Origin: a virus
Length of the DNA: 64,000 bases
Virus record (IMG/VR): IMGVR_UViG_3300021964_007165
Span: 1 to 64,000 of that record
Strand: one strand, 5' to 3'
This document shows, in pieces, positions 46,997 through 55,795 of the stretch; within the stretch, counting starts at the first letter, position 1, and every line of letters begins with the position of its first letter. The notes below the pieces were generated by a model that saw only the letters and a program-made list of their open reading frames with translations, did not search any database and was not told the origin of the DNA. The translations under genes and the position numbers were made by a program.

Positions 46997-47663
46997 TTAC
47001 AAGTTCTTCTGCAAGAGGAAAGATTTGTGCAATTACTTTGGCACAAGCATGAGCAATATCCATGTGTTCTTTTTGGGTACCGTTAGCACCACGTAATTCA
47101 ATATAATGAATCCAACTACGCAGTGTGCCGTTCATATATAGTCTTGTTTTAGTACAACCTTCTGGCAATACAGCACGAGCCTGTTCTTTAGCAATGCCAT
47201 TATTAATTGCCCATTCGTATGCTTCTTTGGCGGCATTGATTACTTTTTGCTGTTGCGATTCCCAATCATTAATTAAATTCATGTCTTGTTGTGTTGTGCT
47301 TAATGCAATTGAGTTTTGTCTATTCTTTGTGTCCTGTAGTCGTGCTTCACGTAACACAAATTGATCTCCAAATTCTGCTGGATTTGCATAACGCTGACTA
47401 AACTCTTGGAAACTAAAACTACGGTGACGTACAATTTGATGTGCAATATCTCTTGTAGTATTAATTTCCAAACAAGCACTAACCATTTCTAAAGGTGACC
47501 AATGAGCATGTTTAATCAGATACTTAATAAGTTTTTCACTGGTTTCTGAATTCATTTGGTTACTTGGATTTGAAACCCTTGCACAATAGGCAATAAGTTC
47601 TTGACAGTCTGTAAGGTCAGAGCCTTCTGGTGCTGTACTGTATGAAATTAATTTTACACTCAT
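46986..47663 (-). CDS. thyX: flavin-dependent thymidylate synthase
   Basis: HWSPLE, RHRSFSFQEFSQRY, ARAVLP, Q.EH. Confidence 0.95.
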   Translation of the reverse strand: MSVKLISYSTAPEGSDLTDCQELIAYCARVSNPSNQMNSETSEKLIKYLIKHAHWSPLEMVSACLEINTTRDIAHQIVRHRSFSFQEFSQRYANPAEFGDQFVLREARLQDTKNRQNSIALSTTQQDMNLINDWESQQQKVINAAKEAYEWAINNGIAKEQARAVLPEGCTKTRLYMNGTLRSWIHYIELRGANGTQKEHMDIAHACAKVIAQIFPLAEELVNEG

Positions 47664-48229
47664 TCTATTTCTCCTGGTTTTTTTACTGTGCAACTAATGT
47701 TACCTGAAATTGCAACTCTATCGTGATTGCAAGTTTGAATTCCTACTTTATGGCTGACATTGCCTGGAAATATCACCATCAAACCACTAAAGGGTTTAAC
47801 ACTATAATTCACTGTTGTGAACTCTAACGGCGCACATTCTTCACAAGCATTTACGTAATAAACATAACTGAAAGTAGCAGGCCAATGAGCATGTTCTATA
47901 GTATGATGATTATTATTACCTTTGTATACCATTCCCCAACAATCTACAACATCAAATCTTAACATTGATGCTCCTCGCTGACTTAGGCCTTCTATACTAC
48001 TAATGCATTGTAAAATTGCAAAGTCACAGATCTTTTTGAAGTCAGGATCTTTATACATTGTAAACTCAGTCATGTCTGCTTTGACATTACTAATATGTCC
48101 TACTTCATCTCCACGGCTTCTAATTTTTTCTTCAAGGATTGGATTTAATATTTCACTACGGTTATATTTGACCATAGTAATATCACAAGGTTCTTTTGAT
48201 GTACCGTTGTGTACTTTGAAGTAATCCAT
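47660..48229 (-). CDS. putative 2OG-Fe(II) oxygenase
   Basis: HAH...FSYVYY...IFPG...H.V...RVAISGN. Confidence 0.75.
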   Translation of the reverse strand: MDYFKVHNGTSKEPCDITMVKYNRSEILNPILEEKIRSRGDEVGHISNVKADMTEFTMYKDPDFKKICDFAILQCISSIEGLSQRGASMLRFDVVDCWGMVYKGNNNHHTIEHAHWPATFSYVYYVNACEECAPLEFTTVNYSVKPFSGLMVIFPGNVSHKVGIQTCNHDRVAISGNISCTVKKPGEIE

Positions 48230-48564
48230 TACCCTGTCCTTAATAAAACGTGATATCCGTATTCTGTTTTGATAGGAAATGTCAACATTTCATCTTTGTT
48301 AATTTGACTAATAGGCTTTGCAATCTCATATTCCATATCACCCGGATAATCAAACCAACCCAAGTCACCACCGTTCTTTGCACTTTTTCTACAAGCACTA
48401 TGTTCTTTGGCGGCTTGCTCAAATGTAAGTAAACCCTCTATAATATCTTGGATAATAAATCCTGCTTCTTGTTCTGCGGCAGGCGCAGGACGATTGCTTG
48501 TTTGTGCAGTAGCACCAAGATGACTGATTAAAATATGACTTGCTCTAAGTTTTTGAATCTTCAT
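48229..48564 (-). CDS. parvulin-type peptidyl-prolyl isomerase
   Basis: RASHIL, F..AAKEHS, GGDLGWF, TEYGYHV. Confidence 0.88.
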   Translation of the reverse strand: MKIQKLRASHILISHLGATAQTSNRPAPAAEQEAGFIIQDIIEGLLTFEQAAKEHSACRKSAKNGGDLGWFDYPGDMEYEIAKPISQINKDEMLTFPIKTEYGYHVLLRTG

Positions 48565-48907
48565 TAACACTCCCACCTGGCTTTTCGGAAAAGAATCTTT
48601 CAAACTTGTTAGATTCATTTGCAAATGCTTCAGCGTCGGCAGGAACATCTTCAGGTCGTTTTTCTGTAATGTTAGGCCATTTAGCAGAGTACTCTTCGTT
48701 TACATATAACCATTTGTCTGCACCTTCAACGTTGTCTGGAATAATTGCATCTACAGGACATTCGGGTTCACAAACACCGCAATCAATACATTCGTTAGGA
48801 TTGATTACAAGCATATTTTCACCCTCATAGAAACAATCTACGGGACAAACATCTACACAATCCATATGTTTACATTTGATACAGTTATCGTTTACAAGAT
48901 ATGTCAT
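48545..48907 (-). CDS. fdxA: ferredoxin (FdxA-type)
   Basis: [30 protein letters not shown]. Confidence 0.92.
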   Translation of the reverse strand: MTYLVNDNCIKCKHMDCVDVCPVDCFYEGENMLVINPNECIDCGVCEPECPVDAIIPDNVEGADKWLYVNEEYSAKWPNITEKRPEDVPADAEAFANESNKFERFFSEKPGGSVNEDSKT

Positions 48908-48924
48908 ACTAATAATTATCCGTG

Positions 48925-49833
48925 TTATAAACGTGCTAAACGAATCATGGTTGCCGCTAAATTAATCTCTGGATCTGCAACAAGTGTGTGGTCTACAAGA
49001 CCTTGCTTGATTATTAAGATAGCATCATCTTCTTTTTCTCCAAACAGTGTTACATTATCATACAACCATTTAAAAATATCTTCTACTTCGTCAGGACGTA
49101 CTTGGCTACAAACAAGTTTTCTCGCTTGATTAATTTTACCTGCTTTGAATAGTTCTACCATTTCAAGTTTATAGTCTGCTTCACCTGTATCACCTTCTTG
49201 TGGTTTTTGTAAAGCACCATCTACACTGTTCATTTGTACCATATTGATACACTTACGCAAGTCAGGATATGTTGCTTTTACAAAAGTATCAAGTGTGTCT
49301 AAGTCTGGAGTTACGCCTTCATCGATACAAATTTTTGCAACACGGGCAGTAAATTCTGTTTGATCAATACGTTCAATGTGAAATCCTTGACATCTTGAAT
49401 GCAGTGCTGGAATAATTCTGTTAGGGTAGTTACAGGTTAAAATAAATCTGCTTGTGGTATGGTATTCTTCCATCACGCCACGCAGTGCCGCTTGAGCATT
49501 TGGACTCAAGTAATCAGCCTCATCAAGCAGTACAACTTTAAATTCACCAAATGGAATCATCTGTACAAAATTGATAATCTTATCTCTTACATCATCAACT
49601 GAGTTTGTACGGCTTGCATTGATTTCTAAAATATCTAAATCATTAATTTCTAATTCATTAAACAAGATTTTAGCAAGTGTTGTCTTACCAATACCTGCAT
49701 TACCTGAAAACAACAAATGCGGGATAGTGCGTTCTTTAATCCACTGTTGTACTTGTTTCTTTTGATGTTCATCTCTGAACACATAACCGTCTATTGTTTT
49801 AGGACGATACTTTTCTACCCAAAGTTCTTTCAT
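48925..49833 (-). CDS. clamp loader ATPase (gp44/RFC small subunit-like)
   Basis: [28 protein letters not shown]. Confidence 0.92.
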   Translation of the reverse strand: MKELWVEKYRPKTIDGYVFRDEHQKKQVQQWIKERTIPHLLFSGNAGIGKTTLAKILFNELEINDLDILEINASRTNSVDDVRDKIINFVQMIPFGEFKVVLLDEADYLSPNAQAALRGVMEEYHTTSRFILTCNYPNRIIPALHSRCQGFHIERIDQTEFTARVAKICIDEGVTPDLDTLDTFVKATYPDLRKCINMVQMNSVDGALQKPQEGDTGEADYKLEMVELFKAGKINQARKLVCSQVRPDEVEDIFKWLYDNVTLFGEKEDDAILIIKQGLVDHTLVADPEINLAATMIRLARL

Positions 49834-49865
49834 TTACCTGCCTCTACGTTATAATGTTGCCTTTT

Positions 49866-49894
49866 ATTATAATATATTTTTATGCCTTTGTCAA
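49866..49894 (-). promoter_or_regulatory. sigma70-type promoter TTGACA-N17-TATAAT
   Basis: perfect consensus upstream of clamp loader. Confidence 0.85.
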
Positions 49895-49909
49895 CAAAAA
49901 TCTGCTATG

Positions 49910-50323
49910 TTATAAATCGCCGTCTTTTCGATTTTCCGAATAGTGTACATCAAATTCACCATCTGGATATCTTGACTCTAACTTCTTAACATTTTCTTCA
50001 ATTACTTCATTAGGATCGAGACCCAATGCCCGACAAGAAGTAATCCAATACCACATAATATCGCCAAGTTCTCGTTTACAATGAAAGATAGTTTCATCGT
50101 CCATTGGTTTACCTTGGAATATACATTTTTTAACAATTTCACTGAACTCTCCTCCTTCACTTGCAATGCCAATTGCGCCTGTCATCAATGACGCCGCATT
50201 TACTTTCATTTTACTTTCGGTAGTTTCAATATCAATCATACGATTATACATCTGCATAGTTGATAGTGATTCACCGCTTGTGACTTTTTTTACAAAGTCC
50301 ATATATTTGTTTAGATCGATCAA
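49910..50323 (-). CDS. MazG-like nucleotide pyrophosphohydrolase
   Basis: EGGEFSEIVKK, ELGDIMWY, N..KL..RY. Confidence 0.88.
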   Translation of the reverse strand: MIDLNKYMDFVKKVTSGESLSTMQMYNRMIDIETTESKMKVNAASLMTGAIGIASEGGEFSEIVKKCIFQGKPMDDETIFHCKRELGDIMWYWITSCRALGLDPNEVIEENVKKLESRYPDGEFDVHYSENRKDGDL

Positions 50324-50333
50324 TTTAACCTCT

Positions 50334-50738
50334 TTAATTTACAAAGTCTTCAGGACGGTGAGCATCTTGACTCAAATCAATAGCATCACCAAAGTATGCA
50401 AGATCGCTTGGCGGTTCATTGGCAACACCCAATACACCCGAAGCGTCTACTGTTCGGAGAACTTTTTGTTCTCCATCTTCGTTTTCGACTGTGAATCCTC
50501 TTGACCACCTACCATGTTCAATTAAAATCCAATCTCCAACATTATAGTCGTCTGTATTTTCGTGTCCGATAGATACAATCTTTGCCCAGCGTGGTTTAAT
50601 ACCATGCTGTTGTCCGTCATCACTTGGAAGAATAATTCCGCCGTTACTGATAACTTCTCCAAACTCCATGTCGGAAACCATTAATCTATCATGCAAAGGT
50701 TTTACTTCACCCTTAATAACATCTAAACTAATTGCCAT
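50334..50738 (-). CDS. GroES-like co-chaperonin
   Basis: KPLHDR, GGIILP, VGD. Confidence 0.75.
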   Translation of the reverse strand: MAISLDVIKGEVKPLHDRLMVSDMEFGEVISNGGIILPSDDGQQHGIKPRWAKIVSIGHENTDDYNVGDWILIEHGRWSRGFTVENEDGEQKVLRTVDASGVLGVANEPPSDLAYFGDAIDLSQDAHRPEDFVN

Positions 50739-51119
50739 TTATTCACCTTTTTGTACAAAATTACCATCTTCGTCTTCTACCCAATCGTCACCTGTTTCTT
50801 CTGCTACTTCTTTTACTTTTTGTTTTGCAGTCTTTTTAGGTGCTGTAGTTTCTTCTGCTACTACTGCTTCGGGTTGAGAGTTCTTTGCTACAGGTTGTTC
50901 ATCTACAACTTTATTTGGATGATCTCTGTAATAGTCTGCAAGGACATCTTCTCTCTTACGAATAATCTTACCACCCGGACCTAATTCATCGCCACGTGCA
51001 TTTACACGAGCGTTGCCTACTGCCGGAGTAAGTTCGTTCTTTTGACGTAATAGATCCATATCAACTGCTTTACCTTGCATTGTTTTATAAACCTTACGCC
51101 CTGTTTGTTTTACTGCCAT
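50739..51119 (-). CDS. hypothetical phage protein
   Basis: AVGNARVNARGDELGPGG; AGGAG RBS; ATAAATA at 51141-51147. Confidence 0.7.
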   Translation of the reverse strand: MAVKQTGRKVYKTMQGKAVDMDLLRQKNELTPAVGNARVNARGDELGPGGKIIRKREDVLADYYRDHPNKVVDEQPVAKNSQPEAVVAEETTAPKKTAKQKVKEVAEETGDDWVEDEDGNFVQKGE

Positions 51120-51143
51120 TGTTTTCTCCTATTATGTGAGTAT

Positions 51144-51665
51144 TTATCTAAGGAACTCGCGCCAATCCAAGCCAAACTGGATTGGATCAATTCTATGTAC
51201 ACCAATTAAATATAGCACAAAACTCGATACTGAACTTCCTCTGCCCACTCCCCATACAATATTGTTTTCACGCATAAAGTCTACAAGATATTTCATATAC
51301 TGTAGTAACGGTAACATATTTCTATTTTGAAATTCTGTGAATTCTTCGTCAAGTCTTTGAACTTGTTCTGTTGTTTCGCAACGTTGCTCTAACCAACTAT
51401 AGATATCCATATTCTTATATTCATCAGGCATAAACCATTCACTTTGACATACATTGTCAAAAGTCTTTTGATCTACATCTAATGGAATATATTTTTGGAT
51501 TTCTTTGCCACCTACTTCACTTACTTGCAGATTAAATTGGTCTATGTCATCACTTGGATCACATAATACTATATGGCATTTTTCTGCCTGACCAGAATAT
51601 ATCATGTCAATCAAGTTACGAGCAGAGAAGATTGGTATTCCATTAGAATCTGTTTTTATAAGCAT
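51144..51665 (-). CDS. stand-alone fragment of DNA polymerase III alpha (DnaE palm, N-terminal part)
   Basis: WGVGRGSSVSSFVLYLIGVHRIDP..FGL....FL parallels DnaE GxGRGS..GSLV.Y.L.IT.IDP...LLFERFL. Confidence 0.75.
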   Translation of the reverse strand: MLIKTDSNGIPIFSARNLIDMIYSGQAEKCHIVLCDPSDDIDQFNLQVSEVGGKEIQKYIPLDVDQKTFDNVCQSEWFMPDEYKNMDIYSWLEQRCETTEQVQRLDEEFTEFQNRNMLPLLQYMKYLVDFMRENNIVWGVGRGSSVSSFVLYLIGVHRIDPIQFGLDWREFLR

Positions 51666-51671
51666 ACGTAT

Positions 51672-51700
51672 ATATTAACTTACGTTGATTAAATTGTCAA
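51672..51700 (-). promoter_or_regulatory. sigma70-type promoter TTGACA-N17-TAATAT, 6 nt before ATG
   Basis: hexamers and spacing; implies a leaderless mRNA. Confidence 0.6.
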
Positions 51701-51899
51701 GATCTTTATCTTGGTTCTTTGCCATTTCTTTGGCATATCTGGTTCTAAGTTCTAAACGATACATTTCTATCAATGTAGCCATTTGATTTTTGACTTCTGG
51801 GTTTCGAGTCATGTAGAACTTTTTGGAAAGTTCTTGCATTTTATCCTCAATTTGTGGAGTTGTGTATTTGTCTAAGTTATCTTCAATTGGGTGTAACAT
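51675..51899 (-). CDS. hypothetical protein
   Basis: 74-aa ORF, coupled. Confidence 0.6.
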   Translation of the reverse strand: MLHPIEDNLDKYTTPQIEDKMQELSKKFYMTRNPEVKNQMATLIEMYRLELRTRYAKEMAKNQDKDLDNLINVS

Positions 51900-52492
51900 T
51901 AGTAAAATTTACCAATATAGTCTACAAAAATAGATGATCCTTGATTATATGTCATAAAGTCAATAATTACTGGATCCGAAGCACTGTCAATAGTTATATT
52001 GTTTGTAAACACATAGTCTGGTGCACTGCCTGTTTTATTAGGCCAGCGTTCATTAAATTTTAACGAACTACCTGCTTCTGTTCCAATAGTTAAGATTCTA
52101 TCTTCACCGTCGTTAATTAAAATCAATCTAATTTTTCCAACTTTACCTGATTCAGGCCAATCAGTAGTGGTCAAAGTGATGTCCCCTCCTACTGTAAATG
52201 TTTGTACAGCACCGAGTGTAAAGTTAACATCTTGAGAAGAACTTAATGTGCCGCCTGCGTTTAACTCCTCAGAAACATTAATTAAATTTGCATTTGTAAT
52301 GTTGTTTCCTAAAAAGTTATTTGCTTCATTTTTCTTAGCAGTATTATCTTGCAGAGCCTCAATTTCGCCCTTTGATGCTACAAAGTTATTTTTAATAATA
52401 CCAAAATTATCTCTAAATCCTTGCGAATCGTTGTCTTGTCCTGCAACAGGATAGTCTGCGTTAATACTTACTTCATCAATATTACTTGCCAT
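51899..52492 (-). CDS. virion structural protein (tail/baseplate)
   Basis: YPVAGQDNDSQGFRDNF N-terminus; ATAAATA at 52512-52518. Confidence 0.6.
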   Translation of the reverse strand: MASNIDEVSINADYPVAGQDNDSQGFRDNFGIIKNNFVASKGEIEALQDNTAKKNEANNFLGNNITNANLINVSEELNAGGTLSSSQDVNFTLGAVQTFTVGGDITLTTTDWPESGKVGKIRLILINDGEDRILTIGTEAGSSLKFNERWPNKTGSAPDYVFTNNITIDSASDPVIIDFMTYNQGSSIFVDYIGKFY

Positions 52493-52523
52493 TTTGTGTC
52501 CTCTCTACTTTTATTTATCTGCT

Positions 52524-55070
52524 TTATATGTTGTATTCATAGTTTCCGAACAGAATGTATTGTTCGGCACTTTTACCTGTAGTACTATCAATTATGTACC
52601 TGTCAATATCAAAATCTATTGTATTAAAGTCGAAATTTTGATTTTTGATATTCAAAAGTATTTGATCGGCGCTTCCTGCTTGACAATATGCAATAGGTAT
52701 AGCAGTTGTATAACCTAATTCTTGGACAGAATCTTCCTGTGCAGTACGCATCCATAATGGTAAAAAGTCTCTTTCTGTAACGCCTGTTTCACTAATACGA
52801 TCACGCATATTTTTAATATTGGAAATATACTTTTTATTGTGTGTATCTTGACTAATTTTTACAGCATCACTATCTACTTTTAATGTATTACTAATTGGTC
52901 TAAATCTATATGGTTCTGCTTTGCTGATTTCAAAGTTTTGTACAGATACTACACTCTGTCCGTTTCTAAGGACAATTCTAATATTTCCTACAGTTGGAAA
53001 TACCACTCGACCGCTTCGTGTGATAATTTCTAAATCATTACCAATACTGGTTACATCAACTGTTGGAGTCCCTACTCCTCTAACGCCAAGTTCAAATTGA
53101 CTAACGCCACTACCTAACGCTGTATTGTCATCTAAAGATTCAAACTGTATACTATCTACTGTAATTTTTTTACCTAAAGTTGAAGTTGTTATTGTTTTTG
53201 CAACCTCACCTTTTATAGGCATATATGGGTCAATCACTTCTACATATATCACTTCATAAACAATATCATTTGTTCCTGGGTTTTTGGCTATAGCCTTTTT
53301 AATTTCACCAATTTTATATTTTTTTCTTTTATGATTTTTAGCCGCGGCGGCTACATAGTTCCTAATATTTTGAGTAAGTATTCCTGCATACGCCAACATC
53401 TTGACATCTTTTTGTACACCAAATTCTGGATCACCGCTTCTATAAATTAAATCTGGTGGAAAAATATTTGGATTAGAAATAAATGCAGTATACTCATCGC
53501 GTTTTGTTTGAGTCATAAATGGTTTCATAAACAAGTTACTGTATAGATTGTCGTCTGGATCTAAAACGTCAATTGTAAATTCTTGTTCAATTGCACTAAA
53601 ACCAAAACGATCTTCTGCTTTTACTGTAAACTTAAATTCTCTATCAATAATAGTTTTAGCACCATCAAATGTCATAGTACCGTTATCAAAAACTGTAAGT
53701 CCTTTTTTATCAGCAGTACCAAATTGGTTAACTTTTCCAATTATTTCCCCACTAATATCTAATTGTAATCCTGATGGAAGGTTACCACTTACAAGACTAT
53801 ATATTAGTCTCGAGTCTGGTACACTTGTTTGTGCTTTGATCGATAATGTAGATATAAAGTTTGCACTTATGTTTCCTAAATTACTTGGTGTTGTAAACTT
53901 AATAGTTGAATCAACTTCACCTAATATTTTTACTGTGAAAGTTTTTGTTTTACTTGCTAAGATTGTTTCTGGAACACCGCCGAATCTTGTTGCTTTTACT
54001 GTAAATTTATATTGCTTTGTTACAGCCGGTTGATAAGGAACACGACCAGCAATCTCTCCTGTACTGCTATCTATTGACATACCTGGAGGTAACTCACTTG
54101 CTGTATTATCGTCATTAGTTGCTTCTAATGTATATACAAGTCTACCTGCTATAGTTTCTGTATCTAATACATCAAGGAAAAATGTTAGGTAATTATTTGC
54201 TCTCCTAAATCCTAAGTTTGCAGGAGTCAACCATAATGGAGTTCTCAAGTAAGTGTTGTCAGCAGTAAACAATCCATTTGCAATTTGCATCTTGGTATTA
54301 TCTGCTCTTAAAAAATCGTCACCTACAAGATAAATTTGAAATTTACGTTTTGCAATAGTATCACCATCAGTTACACTTACTATAAATTCATAGTACCTAT
54401 TTAACTTACGAGGTTGTTTGGTTGGAATTCTATCGTCATAGATTCTTGTGTCATAAAAGAAACTGTCAAAACCATTAGCACTTCTTTCGCCAAAGTCAAA
54501 CGGAAATGTACCGTATATATTTGCATCATATGCACCACTGCCTGCTCTTGTATCTAATGCAAGTACTGGTTCTACAACACCAACCAGTTTACCATCTGTT
54601 GTTAATCGAACGCCTGGTGGAAGTTCTCCGTCATCGTCACCGATAAAATATTCTAATTCATCACCTGCAGGTAAGTCAGGATCAATCGCTTGTAATTTAA
54701 AATCAAGCAATGTGTTATCAAGTACAAAAAATTTGTTGTTTGGATCTACTTTTAAAAGACCCTCAGAGGTTACCCAAGTTGGTTCATCTGGACCTTCTAT
54801 TATAATCGAAAGTGTTCGATCTTCAATTGCACCTGTATTGTCGGTTGCCCTTAGTACGAAAATAGATTCTGTTGATCTTTGTACCTCAAACGGAGTACCT
54901 ACAAGATACAAACCATCTAAACGTAATCCACCTGGTAAATTTCCAGTAATAAGTTTTACATTAGTAATAGTATTGCTTGTGGTGTTTAACGGTAACGCAG
55001 TTCGTACGGTATCATTTTCAGCAAATACGCCAAGTCTTTGTCCTGTTTTAACTGTCCAGAGTGTAGCCAT
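52524..55070 (-). CDS. baseplate/virion protein with repeated Ig-like domains
   Basis: repeated G.LP.G..L...G.I.G and F.V.A.D motifs; ATAAATA at 55091-55097. Confidence 0.7.
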   Translation of the reverse strand: MATLWTVKTGQRLGVFAENDTVRTALPLNTTSNTITNVKLITGNLPGGLRLDGLYLVGTPFEVQRSTESIFVLRATDNTGAIEDRTLSIIIEGPDEPTWVTSEGLLKVDPNNKFFVLDNTLLDFKLQAIDPDLPAGDELEYFIGDDDGELPPGVRLTTDGKLVGVVEPVLALDTRAGSGAYDANIYGTFPFDFGERSANGFDSFFYDTRIYDDRIPTKQPRKLNRYYEFIVSVTDGDTIAKRKFQIYLVGDDFLRADNTKMQIANGLFTADNTYLRTPLWLTPANLGFRRANNYLTFFLDVLDTETIAGRLVYTLEATNDDNTASELPPGMSIDSSTGEIAGRVPYQPAVTKQYKFTVKATRFGGVPETILASKTKTFTVKILGEVDSTIKFTTPSNLGNISANFISTLSIKAQTSVPDSRLIYSLVSGNLPSGLQLDISGEIIGKVNQFGTADKKGLTVFDNGTMTFDGAKTIIDREFKFTVKAEDRFGFSAIEQEFTIDVLDPDDNLYSNLFMKPFMTQTKRDEYTAFISNPNIFPPDLIYRSGDPEFGVQKDVKMLAYAGILTQNIRNYVAAAAKNHKRKKYKIGEIKKAIAKNPGTNDIVYEVIYVEVIDPYMPIKGEVAKTITTSTLGKKITVDSIQFESLDDNTALGSGVSQFELGVRGVGTPTVDVTSIGNDLEIITRSGRVVFPTVGNIRIVLRNGQSVVSVQNFEISKAEPYRFRPISNTLKVDSDAVKISQDTHNKKYISNIKNMRDRISETGVTERDFLPLWMRTAQEDSVQELGYTTAIPIAYCQAGSADQILLNIKNQNFDFNTIDFDIDRYIIDSTTGKSAEQYILFGNYEYNI

Positions 55071-55115
55071 TTTAATTCCTTATTCAGTAGTATTTATCGG
55101 AATCTTTGACTATGC

Positions 55116-55781
55116 TTAAAGAGGATTTGTAATTGTGCCTACATCAATATTTACTGAAGAAGGTGTTGTTATTGTACCTAAATCAACATCAGCCGATGCA
55201 CTTAAGAATTCAATGATACTTGATGTTGAACCGTCAATAGTACTAAAATTAAATCCGTAAATATCACGCACATCTACATTGTAAACTAAACTTTGTAGAT
55301 TTCGCACATTTAAAATATCATTTCCCTGGCCATCTAATTGTCCGCCAAGTTGTGGAGTTGCATCTGTGGATAATTCTGTAACAGAATTAATAGTTATTCC
55401 GTTTGCACCATTAGTTTGTGTACTTGCATTAGTACCTCCGGAAATAGTAAACGTGTCGCCTTCTGCAAGTGTAATGTTTCCAGAATCAGTTGCTACTGTT
55501 AATTGCTGTAAGCCGCCTACACTTGAAATAATTACACCGTCAGCATTTGAAGATACTGTAACATTGCCGCCAGCAACAATCTTTTTAAATTGTAAATCAA
55601 AGCCTGTTTTTTGTGCAAATACACCTTCACCTACACTTCCAAGATTACTTGCTGTAGTTTGCTCAGGATTACGATTATCAAGTTCTGTAAAGTTATTGTT
55701 AACTTTAACAAACGCTTCTCTTAGATCATCACCTGTTCCGTCATTTGCTACGCCGCCGATATTAACTGTTTGTATGCTCAT
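55116..55781 (-). CDS. baseplate wedge/tail protein (T4 gp9/gp10 N-terminal-like)
   Basis: NIGGVANDGTGDDLREAFVKVNNNFTEL; ATAAATA 5 nt before ATG. Confidence 0.75.
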   Translation of the reverse strand: MSIQTVNIGGVANDGTGDDLREAFVKVNNNFTELDNRNPEQTTASNLGSVGEGVFAQKTGFDLQFKKIVAGGNVTVSSNADGVIISSVGGLQQLTVATDSGNITLAEGDTFTISGGTNASTQTNGANGITINSVTELSTDATPQLGGQLDGQGNDILNVRNLQSLVYNVDVRDIYGFNFSTIDGSTSSIIEFLSASADVDLGTITTPSSVNIDVGTITNPL

Positions 55782-55795
55782 ACTAATATTTATCC

